Source of the DNA: Lama guanicoe
Lineage: Eukaryota
Length of the DNA stretch: 64,000 nt
Assembly (NCBI GenBank): GCA_013239625.1
Contig: MU056050.1
Location: 1,350,084 to 1,414,083, forward strand
Direction of reading: 5' to 3'
Of the stretch, positions 52,916 through 64,000 are shown in pieces. The position numbers and the translations under genes are program-made. Within the stretch, counting starts at the first letter, position 1. Each line of letters starts with the position of its first letter. A model generated the notes under the pieces. It searched no databases. It was given only the letters and a program-made list of their open reading frames with translations, and had not been told where the DNA came from.

Positions 52916-54424
52916 CTGCTTCTCAGTCTTTAGGAAGGAACCCAATAAATATTACTTCTCAATCCTCCATAATTTCTGTACAAATTGAGAAATAAGGCAA
53001 AAAAGTAAGGCAGAATTAAACCGAGTTACCTAATTGAACAGTACTAATCCTAGACATGGCTATTCTTTCTCTCCATTAGCAGATTGTATGCTCTCTGTGT
53101 GCAGCCTTACATCAAAGGAAGGGGAAGTTGAAGTGACTAAGCCAAGTATGGCCAATTAATTCTTCCCACATTTACCAGACACATAAATCATTCCAAGTCC
53201 ATGAGGAGGTGGAGAAAAGGCAGGCCTGTGATATTAATTATTGTTTCTCCACATAGAAGAGTCAGGGCTGGAAAAAAACAAATTCTCCTTCACTTAGTCT
53301 CCTGACTTTTATAATTTTAACCTATTAACCTTAGCCATTAAATCTATGTTCAGCTGGTGGTTTGGCTGTTTACCTCTGTGGAAGAGATCCACAGTCTTTT
53401 AGGACAGTCCTGCACCCACCATCATGAGGCTGAAACTCCTATAGCAACAGCTGATTTTTTGGATATCTTTCTAAAGGCCACACTTGGTTAGTGTAGACTT
53501 TGTTCGTAGAAAGTTCTGAAATAAATCAGAAGCTAGGCCAGAATTAAATCCTTATTTTATTTCCCAGCTGAAGTTATTTCCAACCACTATGTTCAACATT
53601 TCCTTTCAGAGGCTCTGCAATGAGAATAAAGGGCATCATTAAGCATTCCAACAATAAAGTGCCAACCATAAGATCACTCATATCTGAATATGTTGCCCCA
53701 TTATCAAATTCCTAGGGAAAATTAAAAGTCCAAAAATTAAGTCTCCTAGAAAGTAAAACTCCAAAGATATTAAAGTCCAAAATACTTCAGGCCCTAAGTT
53801 ATTTTGTTCTTGCTAGTTAAAAGTCCAAACTAAAATGTTCTCCTACTTTTTAACCTCTAAATCTTAGACAGAGAGCTCGTCAATACCTGGATAGAATTAG
53901 CATTCCTTTGGCCACTTCAGCCTGGGCTCTCAGTGGAATGAGTGTAGTTCCTTCAGATTCTCACTCCTTGCATTGCCATGTCTTTCGTGATCCCTGATTT
54001 TCAAACAATTCAAAGAGTTCACAGGACACACAATTATCAGGACACCAGCCACAAACATGCCAAATTAATTTTTTAAGAAAACCTGTCCTATAGCAGTTAT
54101 TTCAAGCAAAATCATGTTCCCTGAATGTAGTATGTACTGAATTGTGTCAAACACCATAACAAAACTCAGTAGTATCTAAGAGAAAAAGAGTAGAAAAAGA
54201 CATTCTTAATTTTAGCCTCACCAATATATTGATTGGAGGCCATTTTCCCCAAATCTACAAACTATTAACTTAAACTCAACAGGGAGAAATCTCCCTACAA
54301 CAAGCAACTTTTGGCACTGTCCAAAGTAATTTCTCTTGGGGTGGGGAATCCACTTACACAAATTGGCACCCCCCTTAGGGAGAAGCATTTAAGTTAGCAT
54401 AACCTTTTGTTCCAAGATTTCATT

Positions 54425-57400
54425 TAAATTAAAATTTTCATACAGAAAAGTTGAAAAAAATTTATAATGAACACCCAGATAACCACCATCTAGAGTCTAC
54501 CATTAACACTACTATACTTGATTTATAAATTTGTCTATTTATTCATTCCTCTATCCATCCATCAATCCATTTGTTTTTGTAGAATTTCAAAGTAATTTGC
54601 AGACATCACTACAGTTCTCCCTTCATACATGAATATGCAATCATTAATAAGAATTCAGTGTTTGTTTACAGTATTTTTCTTTTGATGTAAAATGTACATG
54701 CAAAGAAAGGCACATTTTAAGAGTACGATCACTGAATTTTGACAAGTACATTCATCTGTATAACTCAAATTTCTGTCAAAGTTGGAACATTAACATCAGC
54801 CCAGAAAGTTTCCTTCTGCCCTTCCCAGCTTATCTCCATCCTTCCCATCCTAGGAAGAAACTAAAAGATATAGCTTTGGCTGTGCTAGAACATCATATAA
54901 ATAAAAACATATAGTATGTACTCTTGTGCCTTTTTTTAAAAAATTCAGCATATTATGCATGTGTGTAGCAGTTAATGCCATTTTACTTTGGCAACTTCAA
55001 CTTGGGCTTTCAGTAGAATAGGTGTAGTTCCTTCAAAAGAATTACATAGTTCCTTCACGGTTTGTTAATGCATTCTTCTTTTCATGCATACATGCGTTGA
55101 TTCTGGTGTTTGGCTATTGTGAATAAAGATGTTATAAATAACCATAGACAAGCTTTTTAAATGAAATACACAATTATTTATCTTGGAAAAATACCTAGTA
55201 GAGGAATTGTGTCCTAAGAAAAGTATGTGTTAGTTTCATAAGAAACTGCCAATGTCGTGGAGAAAAGGGAACCCTCCTACACTGCTGGTGGGAATGCAGT
55301 TCGGTGCAGCCACTGTGGAAAACAGTATGGAGATTCCTCAAAAGACTAGGAATAGGCTTTCCATATGACCCAGGAATCCCTCTCCTGGGCATATATCCAG
55401 AAGGAACCCTACTTCAGGATGACACCTGCACCCCAATGTTCATAGCAGCACTGTTTACAATAGCCAAGACATGGAAACAGCCTAAATGTCCATCAACAGA
55501 TGACTGGATAAAGAAGAGGTGGTATATTTATACAATGGAATACTACTCAGCCATAAAAACCAACAACATAATGCCATTTGCAGCAACATGGATGCTCCTG
55601 GAGAATTTCATTCTAAGTGAAGTAAGCCAGAAAGAGAAAGAAAAATACCATATGAGATCGCTCATATGTGGAATCTAAAAACAAAAAAACAAACAAAGCA
55701 TAAATACAAAACAGAAACAGACTCAGATATAGAATACAAACTTGTGGTTGCCAAGGGGGCGGAGGGTGGGAAGGGACAGACGGGATTTCAAAATTGTAGA
55801 ATAGATAAAGAAGATTATACTGTATAGCACAGGGAAATATACACAAGATCTTATGGCAGCTCACAAAGAAAAAAATGTGACAATGAATATATATATCTTC
55901 ATGAATAACTGAAAAATTATGCTCTACACTGGAATTTGGCACAACATTGTAAAATGATTATAAATCAATAAAAATGTTAAAAAAGTGTATGCAAGCAAAA
56001 AAGTAATTAAAACTATTTTTAAATCATACATTTCAGGAAGAAATATTCTTCTTAAATAAAATATACAATTTAACTTTAAAAACAAACAAACAAAAAACCA
56101 CAAAAAAACCCACAAAAAAAGAAACTGCCAATGTCATTATACAGTTTTATACTCCCACCTAAAATATACATGAGGGTTCTAGGTGTTTTACAACCTCACC
56201 AGCATTTGGTGATTTTAGTCATTTTATTTTTAGATAGTCTTGTATGTGTGGTGGTGCTAATTCATTGTGGCTTTAAATTGAATTTTCCTGAAGACAAATG
56301 ATGCTGAAAACTTTTCACTTCCTTATTGGTGAATAGTATGTCTTTATTAGAGAAGTACCTCTTCAAATATTTTGTTCATTTTTATTGTTTTTTTTTTGTC
56401 TTTTTATCACTGATATATGAGTTCTACACGTATCCTGGATAACATTCTCTTTACAGATACATATTTTGAGAATATTTTTCCCTGTCTGTGGTTTGCCTGT
56501 TCATTTTGAATTCTGTCTTTTCATAAGTAGGATTTTAAAATTTTGGTAATATATAATTGATTATTTTTTCTTTATGGTTATAGCTTTTTTCCAACTTGTC
56601 TAAACATCTTTGTCTGAACTGAAGTCACAACAATATTCCTGTTTTCCTCTAAAAGCTTTGTAATTTTTAATTTTGTTTCTCTGTAGTTAATATTGAATAA
56701 ATGAGTATGTATGGTATGATGTAGGTTTTATGCTTATTATTCTATATCAATATATATTTATTTCAGTTTATTTTGTTGAAAACATTTCCCTTTCTTCATT
56801 GGATTGTTTTGATACTTGTTCTGAAAATCAAATGACCATATAAGTGTTGGTATATGTCTAGGCTCTCTGTTCTGGTCCACTAGTATATTTCTCAAACATC
56901 AGTCAAATAAAACACTGTCTTCATTATTGTAGATTTATAGTCAGCTTTGAAATCAGAAATGTTATTCCTCCAACTTATTCTTTTTCAAAATTATATTAGA
57001 TAATCTGCGTCTTGTTTTTTCCATATAAATTTAGCATAACTTTGTAAATTTTGAGGAAAAAAAGTTGCTGGAATTTTAATTGAGATTGCATTGAATCAGT
57101 TGATCTTTTTGGGGGAAACTGACCTCTTAGTAAAATGGACTCTTCCAATTTGTAAACAAAGTGTATCTCTCAGTTTACTTAGATTTTCTTTAGATTCTGT
57201 AAGCAATCTTTTTTTACTTTTAGTGGAGCGGTCTTAATTCACTTATTAGTCCTAGTAGTTACTTTGTAGACTCCTTAGGTTTTTCTACACTAAAACATCC
57301 CCTCATTTCCAAATATAGATAGATTTCTGATTTGTGAGTTTAATTTTTTTCTTGTCTTATTGTAATGGCTGGAACAATCAGGACAGTGTTGAATAGAAGT

Positions 57401-58260
57401 GATAAGAATGGGGAGCATTGCCTTGTTCTCTATCTTAGAGAAATACCGTTCAATGTTTCAACACTAATTATGATTTGAGCTTTTAAAAAAAATTTTATAG
57501 ATACCCTTTATTAGATTGAAGAGGTTATCTTCTAATTCCCGGTTTAATTAGAATATTTTATTATGATTGAATATTGAATGTTATTAACTTTATTTAGCTT
57601 CTATTAAAGTTATATAGTTTCTCTTCATTATTCTGTTAATTTTCTGAAATGTATTGATTAATATTTGAATGTTAAACCTGTCTTGCATTTTTGGAATAAA
57701 TCTTACCTGGTCAGGCTGTATTATCCTTTTTATATATTATTCAACTCAATTTCCTAATATTTCATTAAGAAATTTTTCTATATCTATGTCTATAAGAGAT
57801 ACTGACCTGTAGTTCTTAACACATTACTGTCAAATTTTGGTGTTAGGAATATACTGGATTATAAAATGGAGTGAGAAGTATTCTCTTCTACTCTGTTTTA
57901 CTAAATTTTTGTAATCTTGGTGTATTTCTTTTTTAGATGTTTGATAGACTTTATCAGTGAAACAATCTGGGCTTGCATTTTTCATTATGGGAATATTTTG
58001 GTAGTAAATTCACTTCCTTTTATTGATGTAGAGCTATTCAGATTTTATGTTTCATTGTTAATCTTGGTAAGTTGTATTTTTTTAGAAATTTAACAATTTA
58101 CTAAAGCTCATGAATTTTCTGGAGTTAAACTATTTATAATATTCTCTTATTGCTATTTTAGTGTCTGTAGCATCTGTAGTGATAAATATTCTTTCATTAG
58201 CATTAGTAATCTAATTTCTCACTCTCCTTTTCTTAATCGTCTTACCTATGGATCTATCAT
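54425..58260 (-). mobile_element. Old L1ME-type element, 3' part (host of nested insertions)
   Basis: 3' UTR at 54425-55240 (catcagcccagaaagtttccttctgccc); ORF2 continues 56136-58260 and resumes at 62535. Confidence 0.8.
55257..56118 (+). mobile_element. Young 5'-truncated L1 with 3' transduction
   Basis: Uninterrupted ORF2 C-terminus 55259-55678 ([13 protein letters not shown]...HMRSLICGI*). L1 polyA signal 55967-55972, extra segment 55985-56077, A-rich tail, and perfect 17-bp TSD aagaaactgccaatgtc at 55240-55256 and 56119-56135. Confidence 0.93.
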
Positions 58261-58266
58261 TTTTTT

Positions 58267-58707
58267 CCAATGTTTTTTAATTGAAGCATAGTTAATTTAC
58301 AATATTATGTTAGTTTCAGGTGTACAGCATAGTGATCCAGTATTTCTATAGTTTATACTCCATTAAAAGTTATTACAAAATAATAACTATAATATTCTGT
58401 GCTATACAATATATCCTTGTTACTTGTCTGTTTTATAGCTAGTAGTTTGTATTTCTTAATCTCATACTCCTAATGTGTCCCTCCACCCTTCCCTCTCCCC
58501 ACTGGTAATCACTAGTTTGTTTACTGTATCTGTGAGTCTATTTCTGCTTTGCTATATACATTGGTTTGTATGATATTTTAGATTCTATGTATTTATCTTT
58601 CTCTCTCTGATGACTTATTTCACTAAGCATAATATTCCCTAAACCCACCTATGTTGCTACAAATGGCAGAATTTCATTCTTTTTATGGCTGAGTAATATT
58701 CCATTGT

Positions 58708-58743
<36 letters not shown>

Positions 58744-61700
58744 CAGGACATTTGGGTTGGCTATTGTAAATAGCACTGCTATGAATGTTGGGGGTGCATA
58801 TACTTTTTTGAATTAGTGTTTTCATTTTTTCCTGATTTATACTCAAGAGGGAATTGTTGGGTCATATGGTAGTTCTATTTTGTTTTTTTGAGGAACCTTC
58901 ATAATGTTTTCCATAGTAGCTGCACCAGTTTGCATTCCCACCAAGGGGTCCCTTTTTTCCACATCCTCTCCAACATTTGTTATTTGTAGACTTTTTGATG
59001 ATAGCGGTTCTGACAGGCATGAGGTAATATCTTATTGTGGTTTTGATTTGCATTTTTCTGATAATTAGTGATGTTAGCATCTTTTCATGTGCCTGTTAAC
59101 CATCTGTATGTCTTCTTTGAGAAATGTCTATTCAGGTCTCTGTCGATTTTTGATTTGGTTATTTGTTTGTTTTTTGATATTGAGTTGTATGAGTTTTTTT
59201 TTAATATATTTTGAATATTAGCCCCTTGTCAGTCATGTAAATTGCAAATATTTTTTCCCATTCAATAGGTTGTCTTTTCCTTTTGTCAATGTTTTATTTA
59301 TTGTGCAAAATCATTTAAGTTTAATTACCGTATTTGTTTATTTTTATTTTTATTTCTTTTGTCTTAGGAGAAAGATCAAGAAAATATTGCTATGATTTAT
59401 GTCAAAGAGTATTCTGTCTATGTTGTCTTCTAGGAGTTTTATGGTTTTAGGTCATAGATTTAGGTCTTTAATTCATGTGTAGTTTATTTTTGTATATGGG
59501 GTGAGGAAATGTTCTAATCTCCTTATTTTACATGTAGCTAATTACTCTCCCAAGCACCACTTATCAAAGAAATTTTCTTTTCTCCATTGTATATGCCCAC
59601 TTTGTCATAGAATAATTGACCATAGGTATGTGGGTTTATTTCTGGGCTATTCTATTTCATTGATTTCTGTGTCATTACCATGTTCTTTTGATTACTGTAG
59701 CTTTGTAGTATAGTCTGAAGTCTGGGCGGGTGATACCTTCAGCTTTCTTGTTTTTTCTCAACATTGCTTTGGCAATTTGGGGTCTTTTGTGGGTCCATAT
59801 GACTTTTAGATTATTGGTTCTAATTCTGTGAAAAATGCCATGGGTATTTTGATAGGGATTGCATTAATCTGTAGATTGCTTTGGGTAGTATGGCCATTTT
59901 AACAATACTAATTCTTCCAATCCAAGAGCACAGGGTATCTTTCCATATTTTTGCATCATCTTCGATATTCTTCATCTATATTTTGTAGTTTTCAGAATAT
60001 AGTTATTTTACCTCCTTGATTAAGTTTTTCCTAAGTATTTTATTCTTTTTGATGCAATTTTAAATGTTTTTTTCTTTCTCTTTCTGATATTTTATTATTA
60101 GTGTTAGAAAAGCAACAGATTTCTATGTGTTAATCTTGTATCGTACAACTTTGCTGAATTCATCTTATGAATAACTAGTGGCTATTATTCTCTTATGGAT
60201 TTTTGTATCTCTGTGGTATCAGTTATTATTTCTCCTCTTTCATCTCTACAGTTTTTTACTCCCCTCCCCCACATTTTGTGTTATTGATATATTTTACGTC
60301 GTCATGCTTATCCCTTAACTGTTTATTATAGATATAGTTACTTTTATATTTTTGTGTCTTTTAATCACTGTACTGGCTTAAGTAATTGATCCTTAGTCCT
60401 TACTATATATTTGCCTTTACTAGTGGGATTTTCCCTTTCCTATAGATTCTTTCTTCTTTTCTGCTTAAAGAAGATCCTTTAGTATTTCTTTAAGGATAGG
60501 TTTAGTATTGATGAACTTTCTTAGCTTTTGCTTGTCTGAGAAGCATTTACCTCTCCTGTTCTAAATGATAATCTTGTTGCTAGACAATTCTAGGTTGCAG
60601 GCTTTTCCCTTTCAGGATTTTGAATAGGTCATGCCACTCCCCTCTGGCCTGCAAAGTTTCTGCAGAGAAATCAGCTGATAGCCTTATGGACATTCCTTTG
60701 TATATGACTTTTTTGTTTTATTTCTCTTGCAGCCTTTAGAATTCTCTCTTTATCTTTAAATTTCCCCACTTTAATTATGATATACTTTGGTGTTGGTCTG
60801 TTTGAGATCATCTTGTTTGAGACCTTCGGTACTTCTTGTACCTGGATGTCTGTTTCTTTCTTCAGGTTTGGCAAGTTTACAGCCAGAATTTTTTCAAACA
60901 TTTTAAATCTCTTTCTGTTCTCCTTCTGGCACTCCTATAATGTGATGTTGGTATATTTACTGTTATCCCAGAAATCTCTTAGATTATTTTCATTTTTTAA
61001 ATTTGTTTTTATTTTTGCTGTTTTTTTTTGCAGTGATTTCCAGTATTCTATCTTCCAGATCACTATGTGCTCTTCTTTGTCACTTAGTCTGCTATTCATT
61101 TCTTTCAGTGTGTTTTTTTAATTTCAGTTGTTGAATTTTTCATTTCTGATTGGAGCTTGTAAAATATTTTCTAATTCCTTGTTAAAGTGCTCACTGTATA
61201 CATCAATTCTTTGCCCTAATTCAGTTAACATTTTTATTACCAATGCTTTCAATTCTTTATCTGGCAAATTATTTGTTTCATTATTTTTAATGGGTTTTCT
61301 CTTGCTCTTTCAATTGAGAGTAGTTCCTCAGCCTTTTCATTTTGCTTAACTTTCTCTACCTCTATTAATTTATACCTGCCTATTGAGGTCTTAAACGAAT
61401 GATCTTATGTGAGAGCATCCCCATATGGGCTGCATGTGCCCAGTGCCATTGGTGGGAGGGCTGGATTTGATGTGGATTCAAGTCACATCTTTCCTCAGGT
61501 TGTGCTGGCAGTTCTCATGTTGGTAGGTTGTGGAGCTGGAGATGGAGGGGCTAGAGCTAGCACCAGGTCTGACGTGGGACTTCCACTCTGCTTAGTGGTC
61601 ATTATTGCCTTATCAGGGATAGGATCTGATCCAAAGTTGCTGGAGAAGAAGCCCTCAGGGTCATCCCTAGCTGCTTCTGTTCCCTTTAAGCATGTGTTTT

Positions 61701-62534
61701 GGTGCAGGTCCCCTTTGTTCCTCACAGCTGATCATTGCCCCCAGCCTCTATTGCCCCTGCCCTTTTGTTGAACTTCTTTGAAGTGTTGGTGGGGCCTGTG
61801 TGAACTCTCCACATGTATCAGGTAGTGAGCTGTAGTGGAGCAGCCACCATCAGAGATCTGGGCTGCTTCTGAGGAACTGCTTGAGTATGCGCCAACAGTG
61901 GCCACTGCTGTCTCACCCAGGCTCCACCCTCGAACTGACTAATTGAGTTGCCTCTATGTCCCATAGTAGAATCTCCACCCAGTCTTGGCCATCCCAGATC
62001 CAGTGCCACACTGACGTGGCAAGAGCAGGGCTGGAGCATTTGCTCAGCTTGGGCTGGTGCATGAGGCTAGGTGGTCAAGGGAAACCCTGCAGCCCCTAGA
62101 TCAAACCTCTCTCCACTCTGCCTTGGGGGCAGGCCTGCATGTGTGCTCCTCAGAAGTGGAGTCCAAGCTTCCCATTGCCCTTCTATTAGTCCCAGCTGTC
62201 CTCCAACCAGCCAAGGAGACTTGTCTTCCCCACATAAGACTGGGGTGTCCAACCTGTGGCTCAAACTACTCCCCAGGCTGGGTTTCCACTGGTATAAACC
62301 CCCTTTTCCTCTCTGTCCCTTCCCAGGGGCACAAGTCCTGACTTGATTGCTTTTTGCCCTTCCTACCTGATTACTTATGTCCCTTTCTTACAGTGTTGGT
62401 TGCACAGGAGTCCTCCTGCCAGTTTCCAGTTAGTCTTCAGTGAGAATTGTTCCACATATAGATGTATTTTTGATGTGTTCATGGTGGGAGGTGAGCTCCA
62501 CATCCTCTTACTCTGCCATCTTGATCTAAACCTC
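58267..62534 (-). mobile_element. L1 with both termini retained and most of ORF2 deleted
   Basis: 3' end at ~58270; ORF2 C-terminal peptide MQIKTTIRYYLMPVRTAIIKKSTNNKCWRGCG (ORF 58862-59080); ORF1p peptide KFKDKERILKAARE (ORF 60671-60901); 5' end actctgccatcttg at ~62523; TSD tctatca(t/a)tttttt at 58253-58266 and 62535-62548. Confidence 0.9.
58710..58741. repeat. (AC)16 microsatellite inside an L1
   Basis: Read directly from the sequence. Confidence 0.95.
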
Positions 62535-63420
62535 TCTATCAATTTTTTATATCTTTTCCAAGAACCAGCTTTTGGCTTTGTTAACTTTTTCTGTTGTTTG
62601 ACTGTTTTCAGTTGTACTGATTTTTTTCTCTTATGTTTATTATCATTTTCTTTCAACTTTCTCTTCTTTTCCTAACTCTGGAAGGTAGAATCTTAGATTA
62701 TTTTTAGATTTTAGACCTGTCATTTTTCTCATATAAGCATTTAATGGTATAAATTTCTCTCTAAGCCCTGCCTTAGCTGTATCTCGTCAAGTTTGATGTT
62801 TCATTTTCATTATAATTCATTTTGAAGTATTTTCTAATTTCACTTATGATCTTCTTTGAACCATGCATTATTCAAAGTGTTTTTATATAAATATATTTGA
62901 TGTCTTCTAGATATCTTATTTTGACTTATTTCCAATTTAAAGTCATTGTTGCAAGAGAACATACCCTATTTCAGTCCTTTTAAATTTATTGAGATTTGTT
63001 CTATGGCTTAGCACAGGGTCTATCACATCTTTGTACATGGGCCATATCTACTTGAAAATAATTATATTCTGTAGTGTTAGGGTATAGTGTTTTATAAATA
63101 TAAACTAGGTAATATTAATAGTGTTGTTCATATCATCTATGTTTTTATTGATTTTTATTTAGGTCTACCATGTTCTGAGAGATAGGTGTTAGAATCCCTA
63201 AATATGTTTGTGAAATGGACTATTTTCCCATATAATTTGGCCAAACTACGCTTCATGTATTTTGAAGCTTTGTTATCAGATACATGCACATTAATGATTT
63301 TTATGCCCTCCTGATGAACTGACCCTTCTATTGTTATGAAGTGTCTCACTTTGTCTTTTTGTTTCTTGAACTTTCATCTGATATTAATATAGCTCCTCCA
63401 GCCTTCTTATGCTTACTTAT
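62535..63420 (-). mobile_element. Old L1ME-type element, endonuclease-region continuation
   Basis: ORF 63155-63349(-) HFITIEGSVHQEGIKIINVHVSDNKASKYMK is L1 endonuclease-like and continues the host L1 from 58260. Confidence 0.85.
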
Positions 63421-63441
63421 AGCCTTTTTAGGAAGTTTACA

Positions 63442-63529
63442 GGGAGGAGGGGAATAGATCAGTGGTAGAACACATGCTTAGCATGCATGAGGTCCTGGGT
63501 TCAACCTCAGTACCTCCACCAAAAAAAAA
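63442..63529 (+). mobile_element. Camelid tRNA-derived SINE (vic-1 type), short form
   Basis: aatagatcagtggtagaacacatgcttagcatgcatgaggtcctgggttcaacctcagtacctccacc followed by an A-tract. Confidence 0.85.
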
Positions 63530-64000
63530 GAAGAAGTAGTTTATACATTTATGAAGTTGAAAATTCAATTTATCAGATCTTATTTGAGACTATTTTATTG
63601 CTTGTTCAAAACATCTTTATTCACATTTATATTTTGAACCTGTATTTCTTCACTGGATTGGACTCTTTCTTGCAGAGCAGTGTGCACATTGTTTTATAAA
63701 CATGAATTTTCAGTCCTAGGTCCCAGTGGTAACTTCCGTTGCTGCTTGCTATAGAATAGTTTAATTATCTGAAATCTGTCTTTGAGAGAAGACTTTTCCC
63801 CCTCTGTAATTAATGAATCCAGATTCATGCAGAGACTACATGCTTGGGAGTGACTTTTGAGCCTGTGGACTATCTACATGAATCCAAATTTGTCTCCTTC
63901 ACTCTTGCTTCTTAGGCACTGAATGCAGCAGATACAGGGCTGCCTTTATAAGGCAGTAAAAATTTTTATATGAAAGCCCTAGAGCTTCATAATGTCTGGG

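Noticed and set aside
53722..53829. CRISPR-like repeat-spacer array
   Set aside because: Repeats are ~12 bp and irregularly spaced, in mammalian DNA with no cas genes.
55304..55678. 124-aa ORF as a host gene
   Set aside because: It is the C-terminus of L1 ORF2p in a 5'-truncated insertion, with no promoter or true start.
1..64000. Inferring a host gene's strand from L1 orientation bias
   Set aside because: L1 fragments occur on both strands with only a mild minus excess, and no confirmed exon anchors a gene.

Overview
AT-rich, CpG-depleted mammalian genomic DNA, not a prokaryotic or phage window. It is most likely camelid (alpaca, llama or camel), judged from three tRNA-derived vic-1-type SINEs and cetartiodactyl-type L1 3' ends. 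I find no recognisable host protein-coding exon, RNA gene, CRISPR array or CpG island. The ORFs in the track are chance ORFs or decayed LINE-1 ORF1/ORF2 fragments. About 1-9.9 kb and 24.4-64 kb are dense in transposons: L1s of several ages, a two-LTR MLT1 provirus, an ERV1-type internal region, hAT and Tigger MITEs, and SINEs. About 9.9-21 kb carries only ancient MIR/L2 relics and enhancer-like unique sequence. The best-supported notable structures are (1) a young L1 insertion with a perfect 17-bp target-site duplication (TSD) that carries a ~93-bp 3' transduction, (2) a 50-bp locally templated insertion, and (3) an L1 retaining both termini nested inside an older L1. I see no evidence for a novel biological system. 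Subfamily names come from recalled consensus sequences and need RepeatMasker/Dfam confirmation; boundaries are approximate unless TSDs are given.
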